21,497 bases of DNA from a virus (lineage: Duplodnaviria > Heunggongvirae > Uroviricota > Caudoviricetes): positions 1 through 21,497 of the IMG/VR virus record IMGVR_UViG_3300033068_000287, one strand, 5' to 3'. The translations under genes and the position numbers were made by a program. The notes under the pieces were generated by a model. That model did not search any database and was not told where the DNA came from. It saw only the letters and a list, made by a program, of their open reading frames with translations. Of this stretch, positions 1 to 8,346 are shown piece by piece (the first letter of the stretch is position 1; every line of letters starts with the position of its first letter).

Positions 1-186
1 AAAGGAAACTATTCCAATATTATGGATTTTTCCCATCCTGAAAGAAATTCAGCAGAAATGGTTGCTAAACAAATGGAAATTCTTAGTGATGACATTTTTC
101 AAATTAAAACTGCTTTAGATATGGTAAGTTTTGAACTTAATGCTCTACTAAAAAGTCCCACCGTTAACAATACTGTTGGCACTTAA
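1..186 (+). CDS. 3' end of a probable convergently transcribed gene (partial, hypothetical, helical C-terminus)
   Basis: Frame +1 is open from base 1 to TAA at 184-186 (KGNYSNIMDFSHPERNSAEMVAKQMEILSDDIFQIKTALDMVSFELNALLKSPTVNNTVGT*). All three minus frames over 1-147 contain stops. It overlaps the end of the 456-aa gene by 39 nt and is not in the supplied ORF track. Confidence 0.5.
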   Translation, partial: KGNYSNIMDFSHPERNSAEMVAKQMEILSDDIFQIKTALDMVSFELNALLKSPTVNNTVGT

Positions 187-1518
187 ATAGTCAGTACCTT
201 CTACAGCGGCAACAAAACTGCTTCCTGATTTCTTAAAAATCGCTCCGTTCGTTTCTGCGGACAAATCTGCACCAGTACCACCATAAGCAAGGCCAATAGC
301 AGTACCATTCCAAGTACCAGTAACAATGGTACCTAGAGTGGTAATTGTGTTTTGTCCTGCGTATGTTGACGCAATATCAATTGTAGGATTTCCTGTACCA
401 CCATTACCATCAGTTACAGTTACTCTATTTGCTGTTCCTGTAATTGTTCTGGCAGCAAATGTATTAGCAGTAGTTCTAACGACTAAACCATTAGTTGCTA
501 GATCATGTAATGCTCTTGCTTGTCCAGTCAATTCTAACGTTCTGTTAGATGTTAAATCTCCACCACCAGTAATACCATTTTGTGTTGTAATAACTCTATT
601 GCTTGGTGTTGCGTCTGTAATACCATATCCAGAAAGTGTTGTTGGATTTGAACCGGCAGTAATTCTACCGTAAACGTCAACTGTAACAGATTTATATGTT
701 GATGCAGAAATGCCTGTTGTTGCAAGATCAATAGAATCCGTACCAACTACGATACGGCTTGATGATGCAGTTACAACGTTAATGGTATTTCCTGATCTTG
801 TTAGGCCGTCACCAGCTTCCAATGAACCAGCACCAGAAAATTGTGTGAATGTTAGTGCTGTTGTTCCTAGAGTGATAGGATCATTAGTAGACAACACGAA
901 TCCTTGGTCATGATGATCTGTTCCTTCTGTAACGAAAGTAAACATACCGCCAGTAACTTTTGCGCTTGTATTCGCGTCTGCTGATCTTGTCATTGCAGAA
1001 CCAGAACCATTAAAAACGTAAATACCGTTTTGTGATGCTGTTGTTTGTGCTTTTAATAGAACTCTATCACCAGAAGTCAAAGTAATACCGTCAATTGCTG
1101 AAGGAGCAGAAGCAATATTAATATTAGTAGCATCAGGAGAAGCAACTCTAACCGATTCTTTAATATCTAGGCCTTGAATGTTTGCGTCAACATATGCTTT
1201 ATTAGCAGCATCGTTAGGGCCAACAGGGTCGGCAACACCAGAAATAATAATATTATCAAAATCTACAGAACCAGAGAAAACAATATCACCAGAAAATTCT
1301 TTATTGCCTGTAACAGTTTGTGTTCCTGTAAGATTTAGAAATGCTCCAGGTCCTGCAATAGGAATAATTGTAGTAGCTGAACCACCAGAACCGCCTGTTC
1401 CTTGGCCGTAATACAATGTATTGTCAACTTCGTTATAAGCTAACTCCGCATTTTCTAATGATGATGGTGCTCCAGGAGAACCAGCGGTACGTCTTTTGAT
1501 ACGAATAGTATTAGCCAT
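148..1518 (-). CDS. tail/virion fibre protein, 456 aa, with Mtd_N-like N-terminal domain and fibre repeats
   Basis: N-terminus MANTIRIKRR...ELAYNEVDNTLYYG is Mtd_N-like. It has a DAANKAYVD junction, a KESVRVA...IDGITLTSGDRVLLKAQTTASQNGIY fibre domain and a P2-H/lambda-Stf-like repeat (TYKSVTVDVYGRITAGSNPTTLSGYGITDA). It is Thr/Gly-rich and ends NGGTF. Confidence 0.85.
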   Translation of the reverse strand: MANTIRIKRRTAGSPGAPSSLENAELAYNEVDNTLYYGQGTGGSGGSATTIIPIAGPGAFLNLTGTQTVTGNKEFSGDIVFSGSVDFDNIIISGVADPVGPNDAANKAYVDANIQGLDIKESVRVASPDATNINIASAPSAIDGITLTSGDRVLLKAQTTASQNGIYVFNGSGSAMTRSADANTSAKVTGGMFTFVTEGTDHHDQGFVLSTNDPITLGTTALTFTQFSGAGSLEAGDGLTRSGNTINVVTASSSRIVVGTDSIDLATTGISASTYKSVTVDVYGRITAGSNPTTLSGYGITDATPSNRVITTQNGITGGGDLTSNRTLELTGQARALHDLATNGLVVRTTANTFAARTITGTANRVTVTDGNGGTGNPTIDIASTYAGQNTITTLGTIVTGTWNGTAIGLAYGGTGADLSAETNGAIFKKSGSSFVAAVEGTDYLSANSIVNGGTF

Positions 1519-1520
1519 TT

Positions 1521-1793
1521 TTAAAAGTTTCCTCCGTCAACCAATTCCTCGTCCGGAGTGTTGACCCATTTTGATATTGTTGAGTTATAAGTTAATATAT
1601 CTTTATTATTTAGAGTTCCGAACAAAATATCCGAAAATTCTGATAAATTTTCTACTCCAGGAAAGCCTCTAGGACCTCTAGGACCAGCAATAGATACGTT
1701 TACAATCTTGTTGCCAATCTTTTTGATTACAACTTTATTGCTAGGCGCGTTAGTAAAGTCACCTCTAATGTCGATTTGGGTTTCATCAACCAT
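1521..1793 (-). CDS. small fibre adaptor, 90 aa, with mini-collagen and foldon-like hairpin
   Basis: Contains IAGPRGPRGFPG, then LSEFSDI...KDILTYNSTISKWVN (trimer hairpin-type repeat), and ends DGGNF. It abuts both neighbours with 2-nt gaps. Confidence 0.7.
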   Translation of the reverse strand: MVDETQIDIRGDFTNAPSNKVVIKKIGNKIVNVSIAGPRGPRGFPGVENLSEFSDILFGTLNNKDILTYNSTISKWVNTPDEELVDGGNF

Positions 1794-1795
1794 GT

Positions 1796-2161
1796 TTATA
1801 CAGTAACCTCCGGTGATACATAAATTTCTCCTTCTATAAGTCTATAGACAGTTCCATCAAATGTATCTGTTAATTCTAAATCGTACAGGTATTTTCCTGG
1901 TGGTAGTAATTGTGTTTCTTCTGCTGATAGTCTTAGCATCAATTCATTATTTGAATCGATTGTAATCTTACCATTATCTGTAGATAGTTCAGCAACTAAA
2001 GGACCACCAAAGTTCTTTCTGATTTGCATTTTCGCTTCATAGAAAGAAATATCAATAATAGCACCAACAGAATCTTCCCAAATGAATGGGAATTCAAATG
2101 TTGCTCCCTGTTCTATTGACTGGGCTTGTTGATTATCAAAATTTAAATGTGCTGCTGTCAT
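1796..2161 (-). CDS. collar/adaptor beta-sandwich protein, paralogue A (T5 p132/LtfC- or BppU-N-like), 121 aa
   Basis: Motifs IEQGATF, AKMQIRK, ELSTDNGKI, YLYDLEL, RLIEG and VSPEVT match a widespread phage fibre-anchoring beta-sandwich family (recognised from motifs, not searched). Confidence 0.7.
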   Translation of the reverse strand: MTAAHLNFDNQQAQSIEQGATFEFPFIWEDSVGAIIDISFYEAKMQIRKNFGGPLVAELSTDNGKITIDSNNELMLRLSAEETQLLPPGKYLYDLELTDTFDGTVYRLIEGEIYVSPEVTV

Positions 2162-2302
2162 TATATACTATTTATAAAGTAATTTCTGGAGAAACACGGA
2201 ATTGTCCTTCTAACAATCTAACAACTTTATCGCCATTAATTTCATATACTTCCAAGTCATAAACGTATTTTCCTGGTGGTAATAATTGTGTTTCTTCTGC
2301 TG
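1889..2302. repeat. 38-nt near-exact direct repeat (1889-1926 and 2265-2302) inside the two 121-aa paralogues
   Basis: gtattttcctggtggta(g/a)taattgtgtttcttctgctg, one mismatch, encoding AEETQLLPPGKY. Confidence 0.9.
2169..2176 (-). promoter_or_regulatory. T4-type late promoter TATAAATA
   Basis: Exact T4 gp55 consensus on the minus strand. It overlaps the stop of 2172..2537 and lies 7 nt upstream of the ATG at 2161. Confidence 0.7.
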
Positions 2303-2537
2303 TTAGTGCTAGATTGATTCTATTATCAGAATCAAAATAAATTTTGCCGTTGTCTGTAGATAATTCTGTAATTAGATCACCGCTAAAGTTTTTTCTAACT
2401 TGCATCTTTGCCGTATAATCTGACATTTCAATATCAGTTCCGTTAGAGTTTCTCCACGAAAATGTAAATCTCCATGTTGCGCCTTGTTCGATGTGTCCAA
2501 CTTGCTCGTTATCAAAATTTAAATGTGCTGCTGTCAT
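2172..2537 (-). CDS. collar/adaptor beta-sandwich protein, paralogue B, 121 aa
   Basis: Aligns without gaps to 1796..2161, about 75/121 identical by manual count. An AAGGAAC Shine-Dalgarno-like sequence lies upstream. Confidence 0.7.
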   Translation of the reverse strand: MTAAHLNFDNEQVGHIEQGATWRFTFSWRNSNGTDIEMSDYTAKMQVRKNFSGDLITELSTDNGKIYFDSDNRINLALTAEETQLLPPGKYVYDLEVYEINGDKVVRLLEGQFRVSPEITL

Positions 2538-2549
2538 ATCTTTGTTCCT

Positions 2550-3179
2550 TTATGCGCTTGTGTAGAAAGACATTTTTGCGTTTAGTAATGTATCTTTAAT
2601 TGTTTTACCTAGTGTTCCGTTTGTATTATACGATGCTAACGGCGAATTTAGTAGTTCACCAATAGTAAATGATGGTAATGGTGGAGTATAATCAGCAAAG
2701 GCTAATCTTGATGAAACTGGAACGTCAATTCTGCTTAGTTCTGTTGTCAATTCTGCCCTAACAGCTTGTGCAATATCTGAAGGAGTAGCACCACCGCCAC
2801 CTCCACCACTAGTAGATACTGTAATAGCTTGAACAGGTTGAGAAAAATTGATTCTTACGATATAGTTTCCGATAGTATTGATAAAAGGATCACCACCACC
2901 TGATACAAGCAAAATACCATCATTTACACGCAATGTATGATTTGATTCTTGCGGTCTGATTCTCCAACCATTTTGCAGAAATGCATAGATAGGAATATAA
3001 GTTCCTTCACTGGTATCAATAGCTTCACCACCAACGTTAGTTAAAGCTACAGCGTATTTACTGTTATCGCTTTCTACAAACCAGTCAACCCAACGGGACC
3101 ACAATTCTCTTACTGAAAGAACTGTGGTTCCTGATCCCAATGTAATAATTTTTGTTGGTCCGTCAAAGCTAATAGCCAT
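2550..3179 (-). CDS. hypothetical virion protein, 209 aa
   Basis: Intact ORF with upstream AGGA. N-terminal domain MAISFDGPTKIITL...VRELWSRWVDW...NGWRIRPQE, then a Gly linker and a helical tail (ELSRIDVPVSSRLA). Confidence 0.7.
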   Translation of the reverse strand: MAISFDGPTKIITLGSGTTVLSVRELWSRWVDWFVESDNSKYAVALTNVGGEAIDTSEGTYIPIYAFLQNGWRIRPQESNHTLRVNDGILLVSGGGDPFINTIGNYIVRINFSQPVQAITVSTSGGGGGGATPSDIAQAVRAELTTELSRIDVPVSSRLAFADYTPPLPSFTIGELLNSPLASYNTNGTLGKTIKDTLLNAKMSFYTSA

Positions 3180-3194
3180 AGCATATAATTCCTA

Positions 3195-4814
3195 TTAAAC
3201 GTAGGCACGATCTTGCTCGGCAACCAATGAAATTGAAATACCTTTAGAACGGGTAATTGTACCAGTAGCAACTACTGGCTTTGCAGAACCTGGATTACCA
3301 GCTACAATTGTAATGTCTGCGTCTGTTCCTGGTGTTCTTGATCCTTGGTCGTTACCATCATAATCGAAAGTAAACGCAATTGTAGAACTTCCGATTGATC
3401 CTGTGATAGGATTTCCATCAGCATCTTCTACAGTGATAGCACCTGTTAATCCGTAATCACTTGAACCAGTTAAATCTGTGAAATACATTCTGTAGTAACC
3501 AGTACCACCAGAAACTAGAACAGCATTAGAGTTAATAACACCAGCAGCAGCGAAAGGATATGTTCTTGCTGTTCCTGTGTTATCATAGAATGTAACAGTG
3601 TTTAAATCGTCTGGTCTTAATCCTTCAATGATAACACCAGTACCACCAGCATTAGGATTTGTAGGACTATAGAATCCAGCATTTAGAATATCACCAACAA
3701 AGTTCAACAATAGACCAGCAGTTTTACCGTTAACTGTTCCACCAGTCGCATCAATATCAGCATCTTGTCTTAATAGATATTGAATTTTAGTATAAATTTG
3801 TGCAAGTGTAGCAGTTACCGGGGTTGATCTTTGTAGTGTGAAACTTTGGTTTGATACAGTGCTAGGGAATGTTCCCCCTGTAATTGTAACAGTTGTTGCT
3901 GTTGTAGACGCAACGTTATATGTTCCTTGGTTAGCACCTTCGTGAATAGTTAATGTACCACCGTTATAATCTGAAGTATCGATAGAACCATCAGCACTTG
4001 TTAAAGTAGTTCCTGAAGCTGAACATGCTCCATCAATACCAGAATGTGTACCAACGTCAATAACGATACCAAAGTTTCTATCTGTTGTGCTTTCGACCTC
4101 TTTAGAATAAGCACCATCAAAATATTTAACATTGATTTCTGTATAAGGTGAATCTGTAGCTACATCAGCATCGGCATCAGTAATTTTCAAATCGTCTGCG
4201 TTAGACAATAGCAAGTTAACGATATAAGCACCAGTACCAGTTTTACCAGTATCAGCTAGAACAGAATCGGCATATAGTTTACCTTCCTCACGAACGAATC
4301 CTTTGAAGAATGTTCTGTTATCGAAGCTGCCGTTTGTAGCATCACCAAAAACTTGAATACCTTCGTTAACTTCGTCATCAAACGTAAAGTCTACAGAAGA
4401 TGCTGTAGAAGTTAATTGGTAATACAATTGTGCGCCTGTATTAACTTCACCCAATGATACGATACCAACGTATTGTCTATTAAGAACACCGGCAGAAGAA
4501 TATTCAGACCATCCACCGTCTCTTAGCATTTGTCTAGTTGTATCGTCTGCTGGTTTCCAGCCAGAGAATGTTTGACCGTCTGTACCGAATTGAAACTGCC
4601 CAGAAAGAGCATCGATTGCGTACATAGGAAATTCGAATTTGTTGTATGTAGAAGTTGTCCACAAATCAACAAATTTAGAATACAGGGCCTGTAAGGTAAC
4701 ACCATCTTTAGCAACTAAGTTGCCAGCTTCAATAAGCGTGAATGTAGAAGTTGATGTATCGATTGTAATTTCGGTACCAACGTTTAGTTGGGATTTATTG
4801 GTAATTTTTGCCAT
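3195..4814 (-). CDS. hypothetical virion structural protein, 539 aa
   Basis: Long Thr/Gly/Asp-rich beta-type ORF with its own late promoter and SD. The N-terminal motif TLQALYSKFVDLW resembles the 209-aa protein. Ends EQDRAYV. Confidence 0.75.
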   Translation of the reverse strand: MAKITNKSQLNVGTEITIDTSTSTFTLIEAGNLVAKDGVTLQALYSKFVDLWTTSTYNKFEFPMYAIDALSGQFQFGTDGQTFSGWKPADDTTRQMLRDGGWSEYSSAGVLNRQYVGIVSLGEVNTGAQLYYQLTSTASSVDFTFDDEVNEGIQVFGDATNGSFDNRTFFKGFVREEGKLYADSVLADTGKTGTGAYIVNLLLSNADDLKITDADADVATDSPYTEINVKYFDGAYSKEVESTTDRNFGIVIDVGTHSGIDGACSASGTTLTSADGSIDTSDYNGGTLTIHEGANQGTYNVASTTATTVTITGGTFPSTVSNQSFTLQRSTPVTATLAQIYTKIQYLLRQDADIDATGGTVNGKTAGLLLNFVGDILNAGFYSPTNPNAGGTGVIIEGLRPDDLNTVTFYDNTGTARTYPFAAAGVINSNAVLVSGGTGYYRMYFTDLTGSSDYGLTGAITVEDADGNPITGSIGSSTIAFTFDYDGNDQGSRTPGTDADITIVAGNPGSAKPVVATGTITRSKGISISLVAEQDRAYV

Positions 4815-4825
4815 GGTAGTATTGG

Positions 4826-4835
4826 TCCTCTAAGG
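4826..4835 (-). promoter_or_regulatory. ribosome-binding site CCTTAGAGGA
   Basis: Contains GAGGA and ends 11 nt upstream of the ATG at 4814. The identical 10-mer occurs at 11381-11390 upstream of the 393-aa gene. Confidence 0.65.
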
Positions 4836-4848
4836 AATTGTTCTGTTA

Positions 4849-4856
4849 TATTTATA
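4849..4856 (-). promoter_or_regulatory. T4-type late promoter TATAAATA
   Basis: Exact consensus in the 57-nt intergenic gap upstream of the 539-aa gene. Confidence 0.8.
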
Positions 4857-4871
4857 TAAAATTAACTTTTG

Positions 4872-7800
4872 CTATGTATAGTTTCTATCAGGAATTTGCA
4901 CGACTAAAGCAGAACTACCACTAGCATCAAGTGGTAACCCCCTGATATAAAATGGAACATACCCAGTCTTAAATACTCCTATATCAACAACTGGAATTTC
5001 ACCAGCGTCAAATTGCCATACATAAGATGATCCAGAATTAGCATCAACATTTAAATATTCTGTGCTTGTTCCCGGCTCTAGAATAACAATATCTGATCCA
5101 GAAACCATTCCTGTAATAGTCAATTCTGCCATATCTAATGGATATTGATAACCTCTAGACGTATTTGTGCTGGTTGTGTAGAATGTCACATCTTTAATTG
5201 GTTGTCCTGCGAATGCGGGGGAAGCAATTCTAAATTTTAATTTAAATCCTAATTCTGGATCAATACTTGTTTCATTTGCGAGATTGCCGAATTGAATTGT
5301 TCCAGATACAGTTGCAATATTTGCATTGTCCACAGTAATAGTATTGCCAGTAACATCAGTCACTTTTGCAAATGTTGCTATACCTGTACCAAAAACATAA
5401 TCACCAACGTTAACTCCAGTGGCATCTGTTACAGTAAATGTGCTGGCTCCGCTTGACCCAGAACCTCCGGCTCTTGGATATGAAAGATTTTTATATGAAC
5501 TCCAGCCGTTACCATCATTCAAATCAATGGAATAATATAAGTCATGTGATATGATGTTTCCGCCAGTCATAACAGGAGAGACAGGCAAAAATCCAGTATG
5601 TCCTATAACGTAATGTGGAAACTCATAAACCACAACATCAATTGCATCTTTTCCTTGTGCGATAGTTCCTGCCCCGGTAAAATACGCATTGCCTGTTTCT
5701 ACAGTTACTGCGTTTGCTGTTGCTACTGTAGGCTCGTTCATGAACCAAGTTATTCTACTTGATGTATCAACAAAAGACATTGTTCCAGAAGTACCTCCGG
5801 CATTTGGTACAACCATGCTGAACGTGTTAGTTGTAAGCGGTATAGTATTTCGTAATCCTAGAGGTAATGCAGCAAGGTCACTTGATGCTGTTACAAATAT
5901 AGGCAATCCTGCCGTACCGTATCTAAGATTATGGTCGTTAGATGTAACTGTCATTGTCGTGGACGACCTTGCCCAAGAATTCCCTGTTGGATTCGAAGTT
6001 AGGTCATACGAAAAATAGTCAATCATATGCGTACCATAGATATTTGTTTCGGCATTTAGTGACGGCGCTTGTGTAAACCCTTTAAATGTAGTCTGTCTGG
6101 CCTCGATATCTAATCTGTCTGTTCCTGTTGTATAGAACGGGTCCGATCTTATAGATTCAAATAGGAAATTTGATGGGTTGTTACTTGTAGACACAACAGT
6201 GCTTCTATTATGTGTTAAATAAATTCTTTGGAACTTATTATTTGCACCAGTTGTTGATGACCCTGTGACCAACATCCCTGTAGAACACGAATAATAACTT
6301 AATGTTCCTGAAGTTGCGCCGGCGTTTAAACAGGTAAATGTAAAGGTATTTGCTGTAGGAACAGAAGCTACTGATTTTCTTGTTGTTAGTACGATAGCAG
6401 CAACAGAATCACAAGTGTACACTACTAATGAATCCCCAACTTTTAATCCATGGTCATTATGTGTTACTGTTGCTGTTGTTGATGATCTTGTCCATGATAC
6501 GTTCTCTGCTCCTGGTCCTCCCAGTTCTAATGGGTCGGAAATTGTTCCTAAGTTTCTAAACTTAACATTGTAACATCCAGAGGCCCCAAGCTGAACAAGT
6601 CCTGTATATGCAGAAACCATTGGAATACCACCCAACGATAGTCCGTCAACTAAAATATTTGTAGAATAAGAATCGATAGTAAATAGGGATTGCGGAAATG
6701 TTGATGGTGTAGTTCCTGCCACACAATCAACGGCTGTCATATCTAGAAATGTTATATTATCACAACCGTTTGATGTTGATAGTCCGTTTCCTATAAGTGT
6801 ACAACTATCAAATTCAATATTAACACAGTCGGTCATCAAAATAGAAAAGTTTGTCGCGTGCCCTCTATTTGAACATGATCTGAATGTTGTGTTTTCAAAA
6901 GAAAAATCCCTACATCCCCTAATCCATGCGTTATTTAAAGAAGATGTTGCGTGGGCATTTTTAGAAAACACACTATTTGTTACAGTTCCTCCAGCTTGGC
7001 AATTGATAAAATCTAAACCAATTGACGGGTTGTAGTTACTGTGGCTGCCTATACACACCATATCCCACACAACAGCAGAACCACACTCATTAACATATAT
7101 TAATTCACTAGCACATGTGTCGGTAAGATTTACGGAATAAGGTTCTACAAAGTTACAGTTATATGTGAAACATGCTTTATCCATAATTACCGTACCACCA
7201 CCAGATGTTGTCATTCTTGGTCTGGTTGATGGTGTGGTATGAGGAATAACATTTATAGTTGGTGCGCCTGACGCGCTTTGTTGAAAAATAAGATTAGGTA
7301 TTCTAACATTACAGCCAGAAACTGGTAAATATCCGCCGGTACTATTTGTACCGTCATTTTGAAAAGTTACAACACCTGAAGTAGAAATCCAGCAAACTTT
7401 TCCTCTAACAGCTTCTGTTCCTACGTTAGCAAGTAAAGCTGTTTGTGATCCTGCATTTGGATACCATTCGTAAACTCCAGTTCCTACACCGGTTTCAACT
7501 TGAACTCCAGCTATATATTGTGCAGAGCCATTTGTAGGGATTTGATAAGTTCCTGAATTATTTCCTGTTGTTGTTCCCAGATCAAAAAAGTCTCCGTATG
7601 CTTTAAATGTATTCAATCTGTTAATCGTAAACACACCAGATGTCTGGGACACAACAATTTCCAACCATCCTGCGCGATCTGCTGCGGTCGCTGTTGCTGA
7701 TATTCCTGTTAATGCCCCTGCTGTATAGGCTACACTATTCCATTGTTTAATTTTAATAAACCCTGAAGCAGGCATGGCAGAACCAGGTGTTGTTGGTGCT

Positions 7801-8117
7801 ACTGTAAGAGAAGCATATACACCAATTAGTAGACCAGATGCAGAACCTCTAGAAATTGTTGTATTATATGCAGGAACATTACCTGTACCGGAGTTGTATG
7901 GTATAATTCTAACAAGAGTTGAATTAAATTCTACAGTTCCTCCGTTCGTAGCAGACAAAGGAACTTGTCCCATAACACCGCTAGTGTTATTATTTTGTCC
8001 ATATCTTGTGTCTTGGTCTACTGTAAGATACCCACCGTTGATTGTGTATGTATCAGCTTCTACTTTAGAAGCCAGAGAGTCAATATTAACTGCTGTTGTA
8101 ATTGTAAATGTTGCCAT
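4872..8117 (-). CDS. large tailspike-like protein, 1081 aa, with putative parallel beta-helix, two inserted small beta domains and a C-terminal Ig-like domain
   Basis: Beta-helix-type rungs (WIRGCRDFSFENTTF, LMTDCVNIEFDSCTL, NGCDNITFLDM, SGCYNVKFRNL). Two W[TA]RSSTT.TVT.NDH.L repeats. C-terminal AELTITGMVSGSDIVI...VDIGVFKTGY...QIPDRNYT. Confidence 0.7.
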   Translation of the reverse strand: MATFTITTAVNIDSLASKVEADTYTINGGYLTVDQDTRYGQNNNTSGVMGQVPLSATNGGTVEFNSTLVRIIPYNSGTGNVPAYNTTISRGSASGLLIGVYASLTVAPTTPGSAMPASGFIKIKQWNSVAYTAGALTGISATATAADRAGWLEIVVSQTSGVFTINRLNTFKAYGDFFDLGTTTGNNSGTYQIPTNGSAQYIAGVQVETGVGTGVYEWYPNAGSQTALLANVGTEAVRGKVCWISTSGVVTFQNDGTNSTGGYLPVSGCNVRIPNLIFQQSASGAPTINVIPHTTPSTRPRMTTSGGGTVIMDKACFTYNCNFVEPYSVNLTDTCASELIYVNECGSAVVWDMVCIGSHSNYNPSIGLDFINCQAGGTVTNSVFSKNAHATSSLNNAWIRGCRDFSFENTTFRSCSNRGHATNFSILMTDCVNIEFDSCTLIGNGLSTSNGCDNITFLDMTAVDCVAGTTPSTFPQSLFTIDSYSTNILVDGLSLGGIPMVSAYTGLVQLGASGCYNVKFRNLGTISDPLELGGPGAENVSWTRSSTTATVTHNDHGLKVGDSLVVYTCDSVAAIVLTTRKSVASVPTANTFTFTCLNAGATSGTLSYYSCSTGMLVTGSSTTGANNKFQRIYLTHNRSTVVSTSNNPSNFLFESIRSDPFYTTGTDRLDIEARQTTFKGFTQAPSLNAETNIYGTHMIDYFSYDLTSNPTGNSWARSSTTMTVTSNDHNLRYGTAGLPIFVTASSDLAALPLGLRNTIPLTTNTFSMVVPNAGGTSGTMSFVDTSSRITWFMNEPTVATANAVTVETGNAYFTGAGTIAQGKDAIDVVVYEFPHYVIGHTGFLPVSPVMTGGNIISHDLYYSIDLNDGNGWSSYKNLSYPRAGGSGSSGASTFTVTDATGVNVGDYVFGTGIATFAKVTDVTGNTITVDNANIATVSGTIQFGNLANETSIDPELGFKLKFRIASPAFAGQPIKDVTFYTTSTNTSRGYQYPLDMAELTITGMVSGSDIVILEPGTSTEYLNVDANSGSSYVWQFDAGEIPVVDIGVFKTGYVPFYIRGLPLDASGSSALVVQIPDRNYT

Positions 8118-8118
8118 A

Positions 8119-8346
8119 TTATTCTTCGATAATTACTTCTGGTTCATTTTGTGGTTTTGAAATATGTTCAATAATTAATTCATTTATTTCTTCATTGATA
8201 GAAATTCCTCCACCATGAGTTATAGAATAATATTCGTCATCTGTTAAATTATATTCTCTATCATATTTTTCCGGAGAGACTTCTTTAGCAGTATCAATAG
8301 TAAAAAATACGCCTTCGAATAATTTAAATGTTTTATATGTTGTCAC
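8119..8346 (-). CDS. small acidic hypothetical protein, 75 aa (possible fibre assembly factor)
   Basis: Fills the gap between the mini-collagen and spike genes, with a 14-nt overlap upstream and a 1-nt gap downstream. Glu/Asp-rich. Confidence 0.6.
   Translation of the reverse strand: MTTYKTFKLFEGVFFTIDTAKEVSPEKYDREYNLTDDEYYSITHGGGISINEEINELIIEHISKPQNEPEVIIEE

Larger units (their letters stand above)
2133..2537. repeat. 29-nt exact direct repeat (2133-2161 and 2509-2537) at the 5' ends of the two 121-aa paralogues
   Basis: ttatcaaaatttaaatgtgctgctgtcat occurs at both positions and encodes MTAAHLNFDN. Confidence 0.95.

Noticed and set aside
1793-1800. TATAAACA as another late promoter
   Set aside because: It is formed by the last codon and stop of the upstream gene plus the A of the next ATG, mismatches the conserved core and leaves no room for a start site.
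4815-4871. Rho-independent terminator in the largest intergenic gap
   Set aside because: Only an AT-only palindrome overlapping the promoter and a 3-4 bp stem over the RBS are present. There is no GC-rich stem with a U-tract.
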